From assembly GCA_963748625.1 (NCBI GenBank), contig CAVVJT010000007.1, forward strand, positions 1,024,001 to 1,088,000: DNA of 64,000 bases, read 5' to 3'. The DNA is from an uncultured Chloroflexia bacterium. GTDB taxonomy: Bacteria; Chloroflexota; Limnocylindria; Limnocylindrales; CSP1-4. The position numbers were made by a program, and so were the translations under genes. Position 1 is the first letter of the stretch, and each line of letters opens with the position of its first letter. Positions 21,301 through 30,038 of the stretch are shown here, piece after piece. A model generated the notes under the pieces. That model was not told where the DNA came from. It was given only the letters and a program-made list of their open reading frames with translations, and searched no databases.

Positions 21301-22212
21301 GTCGGCGACGGCGGGTCGTGGCCCGCCGCAGGCGGACGGCTCCGTGGCGTGCCGCTCGCGCTCACTGACGAGAGCCTGCTGTGGACGGCCAGCAGCGAGG
21401 AGCCGGGGGTGATGTCGCCTCGCACCTGGGGGGCGGTGACGGCCAACGCGCGAGACGCGGCCTCGGCTGGACGCGCCGGCTGGTGCCTCGGGCTCGCGGG
21501 GGATTCGGCCGGCGCCAGCGACATTGTCGGCGTGTTCGAGGACGGCCTGCTTGACCTCGGGGGCGTCGCCACCTACGACGCGTGGGCGAGCGATCCGGAG
21601 TCGATCGCGATGGAGCGAGGCGGCCCGGCCTTCGCGAGGGTTCTCGAGGTCGCCGACCCCTCGCTCGTGCTCGGAGGGCTCGAGAGTGCGGCGCTCACGC
21701 CACCCGAATGGGCTGCATGGCCGATGTTCGCCTCGCCATCCCGCTGCCTCTACCACCCGGGAGGCGGGCAGGACCGCCTCGAATGGCCCGCCGGCAGCAA
21801 CACCGGGCTCACGGCGGTCCCGGTGCCCGGCACCGCCCCGGACACGGCCGGGCCGGTCCGCGGTCGGGCGTACATCGTCGTGGTCCTGCACGACCGGCCG
21901 GAGGTCCGCTCGCTGCTCCGCCACCTGCTGGATCCAGCGGCAGGCGCGGACCTCGACAGCGTGCTGGCCGCGGCGGGCCTCTGGCGGCCCGGAGGCGCGG
22001 ACGGGCCGGCGCCCGAACGAGACCTGCTGGCGGCCGCCGTGCGAAACGACACATTCCGGGTACGTCTCCAGGACATCGCACCGGCGCCGGTCAGCGAGGC
22101 GCTCGCACAGGGCCTGGAGACCTACCTGGGATCGCCCGTCGAGACGTACACCCTGTTCGCCGGCGGGATCCGCCAGGCATGGGCCCGCGTCGCCCTCGAT
22201 GGCGGTGAGTGA
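18316..22212 (+). CDS. SARP/BTAD regulator with STAND NTPase, TM helix and C-terminal solute-binding-protein-like domain
   Basis: MEFRVLG winged HTH, DATRFE/PLRE/ELGVDPG BTAD, NPYKGLRPF, GPSGSGKSS, VVDQLDE, LPLLQ, TM helix, PDIAIV/WCLGL/DRPEVR SBP-like motifs. Confidence 0.88.
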   Translation: MEFRVLGRIEASQDGTRCPVAAGHQLSLLALLLVHANRTVRTDRILEDLWGDEPPSSGAKTVGFHVSRLRDALAPDRGGEAAARGNGREVAARGEAAAGGNGRGPILTVEGGYLLRVDPDSVDATRFERLAAEGHALLASDPATAADRLRAALGEWDGPAYVQVADFPFAQTEATRLDELRLRAQEDAFDAALALGRQDEVAEALAAHVATNPLREHPRATLVTALYRTGRQAEALRVLADGRTTLADELGVDPGPELRRLETWILQQDARLDHAGVQPDRAIRNPYKGLRPFGEADAPDFFGRETMVDALVERLGQLARGSRLLMLIGPSGSGKSSVALAGLLSAVRRGVVPALAGASVEVLVPGPHPRQDLAAAVERLRSEAAPMGLLVVDQLDELPSVAGDAGTTAFLHALEDALAAEGPPLVAIVTLRADRIDLPLAVPGLAERVRTGTEIVAPLSRHDLERAVSRPAERVGLMVEPGLPHAIAADVGSQPAALPLLQVALTELFERRDGDRLTRAAYVASGGVAGALAARAEDAWAALDRGDREIARHLFLHLVAITDTGEPAVRRRSRADLDPLADDAGSLDRVLEVLARRRLLGIDVDATSGDAVVSIAHGALLTNWPRCAGWIREARDDLAMRRRLADATAEWEAAGRDAGFLLTGSRLDLFGAWASTTSLRLDPHERALLDASLADRRAAEEAERARAERERRLERRASTRMRALAAVLAAGILAASSLSIALYRQGTTATEEARVAVARERAAAAVGTLGSDPRLALVLAWHAADATADLGYVTAEAYDALHWSLQALHVAYPPDTQGTAVRMGPDGPTGVPLLLPEELMAMAAAEGLEPLGASECRTYLHQESCPLPPARSTGGGPVLGILRDGSTAPASALGTGGLEGTTVDVVSQLPMDATDALSSLLAGTGITVRTSTDDATGSVLADRLARGPEPDIAIVAAPRTMAGLAADGLLVDLSTLGAGTSPAVAGSAYLDGLMRVGDGGSWPAAGGRLRGVPLALTDESLLWTASSEEPGVMSPRTWGAVTANARDAASAGRAGWCLGLAGDSAGASDIVGVFEDGLLDLGGVATYDAWASDPESIAMERGGPAFARVLEVADPSLVLGGLESAALTPPEWAAWPMFASPSRCLYHPGGGQDRLEWPAGSNTGLTAVPVPGTAPDTAGPVRGRAYIVVVLHDRPEVRSLLRHLLDPAAGADLDSVLAAAGLWRPGGADGPAPERDLLAAAVRNDTFRVRLQDIAPAPVSEALAQGLETYLGSPVETYTLFAGGIRQAWARVALDGGE

Positions 22213-22309
22213 CTTGCCGGTGGCTAGCCGGGCCCTAACCGCCACCGCCGAGAGTCCGTCCCACCAGCGGGGCACACGGCCCCGCGCAAGGGACGGAAGG
22301 CAGGGTCAC

Positions 22310-22882
22310 ATGAAGCGCATCACCATCCTGGTCGCGGCCATGGCGCTCGCGACCGCCGCCTGCGCAGGTGGCTCGGCGTCCGACAGCACGACGGCAGCTC
22401 CGGTCGCGACGGTTGGGGCCCCCGCCGAGACGCCTGCCGACGCTCCGGCGGCCACCGTCGCGCCGACCGCGACCCAGCAGCCCGAGGCGGCTGCCACGAT
22501 GACCTGGGACGGGACCACCTGCACCTACGCCGGACCGACCGTCGTGCCGCGCGGCGCGCGCCTCACCGTGACGCTGACCAACACGCCCGAGGCCGAGGCA
22601 GGCGGGCGGGATGGCGCCGGGTTCCTCCTCGCCAAGGTCGACGACGGCATCACGCAGGCGGACTTCGATGCCTGGGTGAAGGACCATCCGAAGGGGTCCG
22701 ACATCCCGCCCTGGCTGGACGGGGCCGGAACCCAGATCGTGTATCCGGAACAGGTAAAGGACGGCCTTCCGCTCGTCGCCCGACAGCTGAACGCCAACCG
22801 CTTCATGACCCTGTGCGGCGAGACCCCGAAGGACGGCCAGGCGATGCACTTCGGCGCGATCATCGAGACCACGGGCGGCTGA
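22310..22882 (+). CDS. hypothetical lipoprotein
   Basis: MKR plus hydrophobic signal and lipobox TAAC, Ala/Pro/Thr linker, beta-rich domain with two Cys. Confidence 0.8.
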   Translation: MKRITILVAAMALATAACAGGSASDSTTAAPVATVGAPAETPADAPAATVAPTATQQPEAAATMTWDGTTCTYAGPTVVPRGARLTVTLTNTPEAEAGGRDGAGFLLAKVDDGITQADFDAWVKDHPKGSDIPPWLDGAGTQIVYPEQVKDGLPLVARQLNANRFMTLCGETPKDGQAMHFGAIIETTGG

Positions 22883-22907
22883 CTCGCGATCGCTCCTCTA
22901 GGAACCC

Positions 22908-22935
22908 ATGGCCCCGGGCAACAGCCCGGGGCCAT
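22908..22935. terminator. 12-bp perfect hairpin, possible terminator
   Basis: ATGGCCCCGGGC-AACA-GCCCGGGGCCAT 25 nt after the stop; no U tract. Confidence 0.5.
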
Positions 22936-23116
22936 CGTCCGCGCGCGGTTCGGTGCGCCCGGGCCGGCCACCCGGGTGCGTGGTAGTCAACAAGGACGCA
23001 CGTCGGGGCCTGGCACGGTGCGCGAAGCGCCCGTTTGCGGGTTCCTGCGGACGCTCAGGCGACAATCGGCCGCATCTGGGTCGACGCGGCGTCTGTTTGC
23101 GGGGTTTCGTTGAGTT

Positions 23117-23198
23117 CCACGCGGCGGGAGGCGGCCACGCGGCGGGAGGCGGCCACGCGGCGGGAGGCGGGAGGCGGCCACGCGGCGGGAGGCGGCCA
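23117..23198. repeat. 18-bp tandem repeat x4
   Basis: CCACGCGGCGGGAGGCGG four times, with a 7-nt GAGGCGG insert before copy 4. Confidence 0.9.
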
Positions 23199-23249
23199 TG
23201 CCGCGGGGCGTGGGACCCCGCGCCCGTTCCGTGCGCGATGCGGCGCTTC

Positions 23250-23750
23250 CTAGCGAACCCGCTCCGTGGTCAGCGCCGCCGCGATCGACAGGGACCAGGC
23301 CTCGATCTCCGCCCATGGGCGGTAGTCCCCCTCGGGAGTGTGGACGGCAGCGATGATCGCCCGCTCACCGAAGCCCAGCTTGTGCTTGTCGAGCGCGCCT
23401 GGGAACGTCCGATGCTCGCGCGCATGGACGAGCTCCACGAGGCGGGCCGCCTCCACCGACTCCTCCACGGGCTTGGGCGGGTCGCCGATGGGCCCACTCG
23501 CGAAGAGCCAGACGGGGATCGCGCGCAGCTCCGGCTTGCAGCGCTCCAGGACGTCGCGGGCGGCGTCGAGCCACTTGCCCACGTAGACGGCACTGCCGAT
23601 CACCGCCGCATCGAAGCCCGCGATGCTCTCGATGTCGACCGGCGCCATGACATGGACCTCGTGGCCGGCGGCCTGGAGCGTCGCCCCGATCGAGGCCGCC
23701 ACCTCGACCGTCGCCCCATGGCGTGAGGCGGCACTGACAAGAACCTTCAC
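23250..23750 (-). CDS. flavodoxin-domain protein (HemG-like)
   Basis: SD plus GTG; ASRHGATVEVA, IGSAVYVGKW, WLFASGP, GDYRPWAEI. Confidence 0.88.
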   Translation of the reverse strand: MKVLVSAASRHGATVEVAASIGATLQAAGHEVHVMAPVDIESIAGFDAAVIGSAVYVGKWLDAARDVLERCKPELRAIPVWLFASGPIGDPPKPVEESVEAARLVELVHAREHRTFPGALDKHKLGFGERAIIAAVHTPEGDYRPWAEIEAWSLSIAAALTTERVR

Positions 23751-24076
23751 GTACTCCCCTTTCCGCGCCTCCCCGGCCGCTTGGGCGGACGGGGCCGGCG
23801 TCACGGGCGGACCGGGTCAGCGTCGTGGGCGGCGGCGTCGGGCGTGAGGGCCGGATGGGACCGAGGCCGGTTCGCTCGTCACCCGTCACGGGGGCCGCAT
23901 GGCGCGGGACCATGTGCGCGCGGCACGTATCGGACGACAGGGTGGGTACGGCCACCGGCTGGTACCTCCGCGCCATTGGAGGGGTACCCCGCAGCGCGTA
24001 CGGTGCGTTCTGACACCCCGTACCCGGGACTGTACTCATCCGGCACCCGGGGGTCGTTGGGGTCCGCACGTCCACC

Positions 24077-27000
24077 ATGGCCCTCGCGCACGATCGGAGC
24101 GATCGCCGACTTCGGCGCTCCAGACCCGCGATCCGTGCGCTGCCCGCGCCGCTCGAGGAAGCGCGCGTCGCAGCGCTGCGTCGCCTTGTCGCCGAGGCCT
24201 CCGCGAACCTTGAGCTCGAGGAAGTGCTCCACGACGTCCTCGACTCGGCGCAGGAGCTGTTCGGCGCCGACGTGGCCGGGCTCTGGCTGCTCGAGCAGGA
24301 TGACCATCCGCTCCGCCTGGCGGCGGCTCGGAACCTGGATCCGGAGATCATCGAGGCGGTTGCCGCGGTGCGGCGCGACCAGCCGGTGGTGGGGCTGCTC
24401 GCGATCGGCGAGCAGCGGCCAGTGGTCCTCGACGATCCCGAGCATGCCGCGCAGTTCGGAGACATCTACGCGCACCAGGGGTTCCGCACGGTCGCCTTCG
24501 TGCCGCTCGTGTTCCGCGACGAAGCGGTCGGCCTGCTGGCGCTCTATCACCGGGTCGCCTACGACTGGAGCCCCGACGAGCTGGAGCTCTGCTCGGCGTT
24601 CGGGGCGCAGATGGCGATCGCGGTCTCCAACGCCCGCCTCCACGGCTCGGTCCGTGAGGGTGCCGCCCGGCTGCGCGCGATCCAGGAGCTGAGCCTGCGG
24701 CTCAACCGGATCCAGGACACGGAGGGCATCGGGGCGGCGATCGTGGCCGAGGCCGACCGGCTCATCGCCCACGACACGATCCGGGTGTACCGCGTCGACC
24801 ACGTCACCCAGACCTGCGAGCCCATCGCGTTCCAGGGCGAGTTCATGGACATTGGGACCCCGTCCGAGGAGGATCTCCGGCTGCGGATCGGCGAAGGCCT
24901 CACCGGGTGGGTGGCGCTCCACAACCAGACGCTCCGGATCGAGGACGCCAACAACGACGCACGGGGACGCCAGGTGGGCGGCGCCCGCACCGCGGAGTCG
25001 ATGCTCCTGGTCCCGATGTCCTACGAGTCGCGCGTGCTGGGGATCATCGTCGTCTCGAAGACAGGCCGTGCGCAGTACGGCGAGGACGACCAGCGCACGC
25101 TCGAGATCTTCGCGGGCTACGCGGCCCAGGCCCTCGCCAACGCCGAGGCGTTCGGACGGGTGAGCCGCCAGCAGGAGCAGCTGCACCACCGGCTCGAGAG
25201 CCAGCGCCGGCTCCTGGAGGTCAGCGAGCGCCTGCTCGCGACGCTGGATCCTGCGGGCATCCTGGAGCTGATCGCGGACTCGCTGCGCTCCGTGGTGGCC
25301 TACGACTCGCTCACCATCTACCGCGTGGACCGCGCGGCGTGGGTGCGCCGGGCCGTGGTGGCGCGCGACCGTTTCGCCGAGGAGATCCTCTCCCACGAGA
25401 GCCCGCTCGACGTGGGCATCACGGGATGGGTGATCCGCAACGGGGAGGCCGTGCTGGCGAACGACGCCCACCTGGACCCCCGTGCCGAGACGATCCCGGG
25501 CACGCCCGAGGAGCCGGAGTCCATGATCGTGTGCCCGCTCCTCATCGCGGGCGACGTGGTGGGCACGCTCAACATGGCCCGCATGGGTGGTCCTGAGGCC
25601 CACTTCAGCCGCGACGAGTTCGAACTGGTCCAGCTCTTCGCCGCCCAGGCCTCGATCGCGCTGCGCAATGCCGAAACCCACGGCGAGGTGGTGACTCGGG
25701 CCGAGCACGACGCCCTGACCGGGGTGCGCAACCACGGGGCCTTCCAGCGCGAGGTTGGCGCGCTCATCGGGCTGGGCGCTCCGTTCGCGCTGCTGATGCT
25801 GGACCTGGACGACTTCAAGGCCTACAACGACGCGCACGGCCATCCGGCAGGTGACGCCCTGCTGGGCCGGATCGCGGCGGTCATGGCCGACATGGTCCGC
25901 TCCCAGGACCGTGTCTACCGGTATGGAGGCGATGAGTTCGCGATCCTGCTCCCGGACGCGGGGATCGGGGCCGCGCGCGACGTCGCCGAGCGCATCCGGG
26001 CCGCGGTCGCCCGGATCACCGCGGCCATCGGCCCGGTCGTCACGGTGAGCGTGGGCGTGGCCTGCTACCCGGACCAGGCCACCGACAAGGACGGCCTCGT
26101 GGGCGCCGCCGACCGTGCGCTCTACCTCGCCAAGCCACCGGATCGGACACGCCTCCCATCCGTGGATCCCACGCGCGACCTGTACCTTGCGGCCGTGGAC
26201 CAGACCACGCTCAAGCTGCTCGAGCGCCTCGAGCCGCGGGAGCTCCTCACCGAGATCGTCGAGCGTGCGGCCAGCCTGGTCGGCGTGGAGCACGGGTTCC
26301 TCTACCTGCTCGAAGGGCCGGAGCAGACCGGAGCGCCCGGACCGGACGACCTCGCGCTGGTGGCCCGGGTGGGTATCGGCGAGTTCGCGGACTACGAGGG
26401 CTACCGGCTACCACGGGGCACCGGGATCGGCTGGACCGTCGTGAACACGGGTGCACCGGTGGTGGTGGACGACTATGCCGACTACCCCGGGCGTGCACCG
26501 GACCTGTCCGGCGAGCGGTTCGGGGCCGTGTGCGCGGTGCCGCTCACCTCGGGTGACGAGGTGCTCGGCTGCATCGGCCTCGCCTCCGGTGACGCCTCGC
26601 GCCTGTTCTCCGAGCGCGAGGTAGAGGCGCTCGCGCGCTTCAGCCAGCTGGCGTCCGTGGCGCTCGACAACGCGCGGCTGTTCGAACGGGCGCAGACCGA
26701 GGTCCGCTATCGCGCCCACATCGCCCTCCACGACCAGGTGACCGGACTTCCCAACCGGACGCTCCTGCTCAACCGCCTCGCGGAGGAGCTCGACGCCGCC
26801 GGGCGCGACGATGAGCCGCGGCGCGCGGCGGTCAGCAGCCGGATCGCGCTCGTCCTGCTCGACCTGGACCGGTTCAAGGTGGTCAACGAGAGCCTGGGTC
26901 ACGCGGCCGGCGACCTGCTCCTCACCGAGACAGGCAGGCGCCTGGTTGCGGCGGCACGCTCCACCGACACCGTCGCGCGGCTGGGCTCAGACGAGTTCGG

Positions 27001-28063
27001 GATCCTGCTGGGCACCGTCCGCAGCGTGCGTGAGGCGGAGCGCGTCGCGGCGCGCATCCAGGCTGCCCTGGGCGAGCCGTTCGATCTCGACGGCGAGGAG
27101 GTCACCATCGGTGCCAGCATCGGCATCGCGGTGGGCCTGGCGGAGGATGCCCACCCGGCCGACCTGCTCAAGGAGGCGGAGATCGCGTTGCACCGGGCCA
27201 AGGCGGACCCGGTCCGCAAGGTCGTCGTCTTCGATCCGGAGATGCGGACCCAGACCCTGGAGCGCGCCGGCATGGAACACGACCTGCGCCGTGCCATCGA
27301 GCGGTCCGAGCTGTGCCTCCACTACCAGCCACTGGTGGACCTCACGACCGGATCCGTCGTCGGCGTCGAGGCCCTCCTGCGCTGGAACCACCCGACACGA
27401 GGGCTGGTTGCCCCCCTCTCGTTCATCCCGCTCGCCGAGGAGACGGGACTCATCCTGCCCATCGGGCGCTGGGTCCTGGAGTCCGCGTGCCACCAGCTGC
27501 GGGAGTGGCAGCGTCGCTTCCCGGCCGCCGCGCGCCTGCAGGTGAGCGTGAACCTCTCAGCCCGCCAGTTCGCCGAGGCCGACCTCATCGGCAACGTGGC
27601 CGCGATCCTGGACCATGCCGGCCTGCGGCCCGAGGACCTCGAGCTCGAGATCACCGAGAGCGTGGTGATGGACCAGACCGAGGCGTCGATCGAGCGGCTG
27701 CGCGGGCTGCGTGCACTGGGCGTCCACCTGGTGCTCGACGACTTCGGAACGGGCTACTCGTCGCTCGCCTACCTGCGGCGCCTGCCGCTCGACACGATCA
27801 AGGTGGACCGCTCGTTCGTGATGGGCCTGGGCTCGGACCCGGCCGACATGCCCATCGTCCAGGCGGTGATCTCGCTCGCGCACGGTCTGGGCATCGACGT
27901 GGTGGCGGAGGGGATCGAGACGCCCAGCCAGCTCGCGACGCTCCAGCGCCTTGCCTGCGACCGTGGCCAGGGCTACTGGTTCTCACGGCCGCTGCCGGCC
28001 CCGATGCTGGAGGCGCTCCTCGCGGAGGCCGACGGCGCGCAGCTGGTGCTCGGAGGGGGCTGA
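24077..28063 (+). CDS. diguanylate cyclase/phosphodiesterase, GAF-GAF-GAF-GGDEF-GAF-GGDEF*-EAL
   Basis: DLDDFK..ND..GH..GD and RYGGDEF; second domain RLGSDEF; EALLRW, ELEITE, DDFGTGYSSL, AEGIE. Confidence 0.93.
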   Translation: MALAHDRSDRRLRRSRPAIRALPAPLEEARVAALRRLVAEASANLELEEVLHDVLDSAQELFGADVAGLWLLEQDDHPLRLAAARNLDPEIIEAVAAVRRDQPVVGLLAIGEQRPVVLDDPEHAAQFGDIYAHQGFRTVAFVPLVFRDEAVGLLALYHRVAYDWSPDELELCSAFGAQMAIAVSNARLHGSVREGAARLRAIQELSLRLNRIQDTEGIGAAIVAEADRLIAHDTIRVYRVDHVTQTCEPIAFQGEFMDIGTPSEEDLRLRIGEGLTGWVALHNQTLRIEDANNDARGRQVGGARTAESMLLVPMSYESRVLGIIVVSKTGRAQYGEDDQRTLEIFAGYAAQALANAEAFGRVSRQQEQLHHRLESQRRLLEVSERLLATLDPAGILELIADSLRSVVAYDSLTIYRVDRAAWVRRAVVARDRFAEEILSHESPLDVGITGWVIRNGEAVLANDAHLDPRAETIPGTPEEPESMIVCPLLIAGDVVGTLNMARMGGPEAHFSRDEFELVQLFAAQASIALRNAETHGEVVTRAEHDALTGVRNHGAFQREVGALIGLGAPFALLMLDLDDFKAYNDAHGHPAGDALLGRIAAVMADMVRSQDRVYRYGGDEFAILLPDAGIGAARDVAERIRAAVARITAAIGPVVTVSVGVACYPDQATDKDGLVGAADRALYLAKPPDRTRLPSVDPTRDLYLAAVDQTTLKLLERLEPRELLTEIVERAASLVGVEHGFLYLLEGPEQTGAPGPDDLALVARVGIGEFADYEGYRLPRGTGIGWTVVNTGAPVVVDDYADYPGRAPDLSGERFGAVCAVPLTSGDEVLGCIGLASGDASRLFSEREVEALARFSQLASVALDNARLFERAQTEVRYRAHIALHDQVTGLPNRTLLLNRLAEELDAAGRDDEPRRAAVSSRIALVLLDLDRFKVVNESLGHAAGDLLLTETGRRLVAAARSTDTVARLGSDEFGILLGTVRSVREAERVAARIQAALGEPFDLDGEEVTIGASIGIAVGLAEDAHPADLLKEAEIALHRAKADPVRKVVVFDPEMRTQTLERAGMEHDLRRAIERSELCLHYQPLVDLTTGSVVGVEALLRWNHPTRGLVAPLSFIPLAEETGLILPIGRWVLESACHQLREWQRRFPAAARLQVSVNLSARQFAEADLIGNVAAILDHAGLRPEDLELEITESVVMDQTEASIERLRGLRALGVHLVLDDFGTGYSSLAYLRRLPLDTIKVDRSFVMGLGSDPADMPIVQAVISLAHGLGIDVVAEGIETPSQLATLQRLACDRGQGYWFSRPLPAPMLEALLAEADGAQLVLGGG

Positions 28064-28100
28064 GCGCCCGTCGCGCGCAGACCGGTCGACAGGCGGCAGG

Positions 28101-28134
28101 AATCACAAACGGCCGGGTCTTGCGACCCGGCCGT
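28101..28134 (-). terminator. intrinsic terminator
   Basis: Minus strand ACGGCCGGGTC-GCAA-GACCCGGCCGT followed by TTGTGATT. Confidence 0.75.
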
Positions 28135-28148
28135 CGTCTGTCCGAAGC

Positions 28149-28862
28149 CTAGTTCCGGCTGCCGCCGAAGATGCGCAGCATGAACATGAACAGGTTGATG
28201 AAGTTCAGGTACAGGTGCAGCGCCGCCAGGATCGCTGCGCGGTTGGCGTCACGCGTCATGGCCACGAAGTCGCCACGGGCGATCCGCTGGACGTCGTAGG
28301 CGGTGAGGGCGGTGAAGATCAGGACGCCCGCGTACGAGATGACCCAGTACAGGATCTCGGACTTGAGGAACCAGTTGATCAGCGACGCGACCAGGATCCC
28401 GATGAGGGCCATGATCGCGATCATCCCGACCTTCGAGAGGTCACGCTTGGTGACGGCCCCGAAGAACGCCGCGGCTCCGAACATCGCCGAGGACGAGACG
28501 AACGCGGACACGACCGCGGTCATGCCGTCCGGCGTCTGGAGGAACGTCCAGATGACCACGCCCAGGGTGAGGCCCATGCTCGCCGCGAAGATGAAGAACA
28601 TCAGCAGCGACAGCGACGCGGGCGCCTTGCGGATCGCGACCTGGATGCCGATGCCGAGGGCGAGCTGGACGATGACGACCAGCAGCCACCACTCGGCGAC
28701 CAGCGTCAGGAGCTGCTCGCTGGTGGCAACCAGCCAGGCCGTCCCGGCGGAGAGGAGGAGGCCGGCGAACATCCAGCCGAAGGCACCCACGAGCATGCTC
28801 TGGACGAGCGCCGGCGCGGGGCGGATGCCGAGTTGGGCGGGGGTATAGGGGGTTCCGGTCAT
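28149..28862 (-). CDS. Bax inhibitor-1/YccA-family membrane protein
   Basis: About 7 TM helices; TKRDLS, LTAYDVQRI, ALHLYLNFINLF. Confidence 0.92.
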   Translation of the reverse strand: MTGTPYTPAQLGIRPAPALVQSMLVGAFGWMFAGLLLSAGTAWLVATSEQLLTLVAEWWLLVVIVQLALGIGIQVAIRKAPASLSLLMFFIFAASMGLTLGVVIWTFLQTPDGMTAVVSAFVSSSAMFGAAAFFGAVTKRDLSKVGMIAIMALIGILVASLINWFLKSEILYWVISYAGVLIFTALTAYDVQRIARGDFVAMTRDANRAAILAALHLYLNFINLFMFMLRIFGGSRN

Positions 28863-28903
28863 CGGTTCCTCCTCGAGAAGGTCAGTGTGTCAGCTCGTCA
28901 GGT

Positions 28904-29554
28904 TCAGGGGTTGGGGCGCTGTCGTCGATCGGGGCGCGCGGCGGTGGCCTGGTGGGCTTCGGCCTGCTCGGCGAAGCGGGCAAGCACCCAGAGCAGGTCG
29001 GCCAGCCGGTTGAGATAGGGCAGGAGCCGGCTGTCGGCCAGGCCCGGGTCATTGCGTGAGAGGGTGACGGCCCGCCGCTCCGCGCGCCGGAGGATGGTCC
29101 GTCCCATCTCGAGGCCGGCGGACAGGCGGGTCTCACCGGGGACCACGAACTCCTGGGGGAGCGTGATCTGCGCCTCCACCTCCTGGAGCATGTCGTCCAT
29201 GCCGTCCACCATGGCCTGCGACACGCGCGTGACGTCGTCACGGGACTTGTACCTGGCCTCGGGGTTGGTGGCGAGCTCCGCGCCCACCACGAAGAGCTCG
29301 CGCTGGATGCGCAGGACCAGCTCGTTGAGGCGGTGGAGCCTCGGGTTGGCGTCCAGGACGTCGTCCTGGGCCATCACCGAGAGCTCCGCACGGGCGATGC
29401 CAAGGGCCGCGACGGCCTCATCGACGGCGCCGTACGCCTCGGTGCGCAGGTCGTCCTTGTTCACCCGGTCGCCGCCGAAGAGCAGCGCGGTGGTGCCATC
29501 GTCGCCGCGTCCGGTGGCGACGGCAGAGTCGTAGTCGAGGCGGTTGTCGGTCAT
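28904..29554 (-). CDS. PduO-type ATP:cob(I)alamin adenosyltransferase
   Basis: TGRGDDGTT, EAYGAVDE, FVVPG, RRAER, YLNRLADLL. Confidence 0.92.
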   Translation of the reverse strand: MTDNRLDYDSAVATGRGDDGTTALLFGGDRVNKDDLRTEAYGAVDEAVAALGIARAELSVMAQDDVLDANPRLHRLNELVLRIQRELFVVGAELATNPEARYKSRDDVTRVSQAMVDGMDDMLQEVEAQITLPQEFVVPGETRLSAGLEMGRTILRRAERRAVTLSRNDPGLADSRLLPYLNRLADLLWVLARFAEQAEAHQATAARPDRRQRPNP

Positions 29555-29576
29555 CGGGCGGTTGGGAGTTCCGGGC

Positions 29577-29915
29577 TCACCACATCAGGCCGGCGTCGCG
29601 GGGATCCCAGCGCTCGGCGAGCAGGGTCACCTTGACCGGGTGGTCCACGACGGTCTCTGCCTGCTCCTTCACCTGCGAGATCATCGCGCCGGCGTACGGG
29701 CAGAAGGGCGTGGTCAGGATCATCTTGACCTCGGTGGAGTCAGGCCCAAGGATGATCTGCCGGATGAGCGCCAGCTCCACCACGTTCATGCCGATCTCCG
29801 GGTCAACCACGGCGCGGAGGGCGTCGAGGATGGCGAGCTCGGTGGCGCGACGCTGCGCCTCGAAGGCGGCATCGGCGGGGGCGGCGGGCTGGTCGGCTGG
29901 CTGCGTATCAGTCAT
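29577..29915 (-). CDS. DUF59/SufT-like metal-sulfur cluster assembly factor
   Basis: VVDPEIGMNVVELAL, LTTPFCP. Confidence 0.9.
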   Translation of the reverse strand: MTDTQPADQPAAPADAAFEAQRRATELAILDALRAVVDPEIGMNVVELALIRQIILGPDSTEVKMILTTPFCPYAGAMISQVKEQAETVVDHPVKVTLLAERWDPRDAGLMW

Positions 29916-29973
29916 GGTTGCGAAATCCTACCACCAAGGTCGGAAATCGCCACACCGTGGGGCGGCTCTATTC

Positions 29974-29993
29974 GCGCATTTGCGCAAATGCGC
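29974..29993. promoter_or_regulatory. perfect 20-bp palindrome, probable repressor operator
   Basis: GCGCATTTGCGCAAATGCGC in the divergent gap between DUF59 and DUF302. Confidence 0.65.
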
Positions 29994-30038
29994 AATCAGG
30001 CCCCAAGATGGACGCCTTCACGTACCACGGAGACACAG

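Noticed and set aside
18316-22212. STAND protein as an Avs-type antiphage system
   Set aside because: The N-terminus is a SARP DNA-binding/BTAD module rather than a nuclease or other toxic effector, and there is no defence-island context.
23117-23198. Repeat arrays here and at 54740 considered as CRISPR
   Set aside because: Units are directly adjacent with no unique spacers, and there are no cas genes in the window.
23879-26293. Long antisense ORFs (also 1897-3570, 33259-35307, 46398-48062, 58476-60086)
   Set aside because: Shadow frames of high-GC coding genes with no recognisable motifs.
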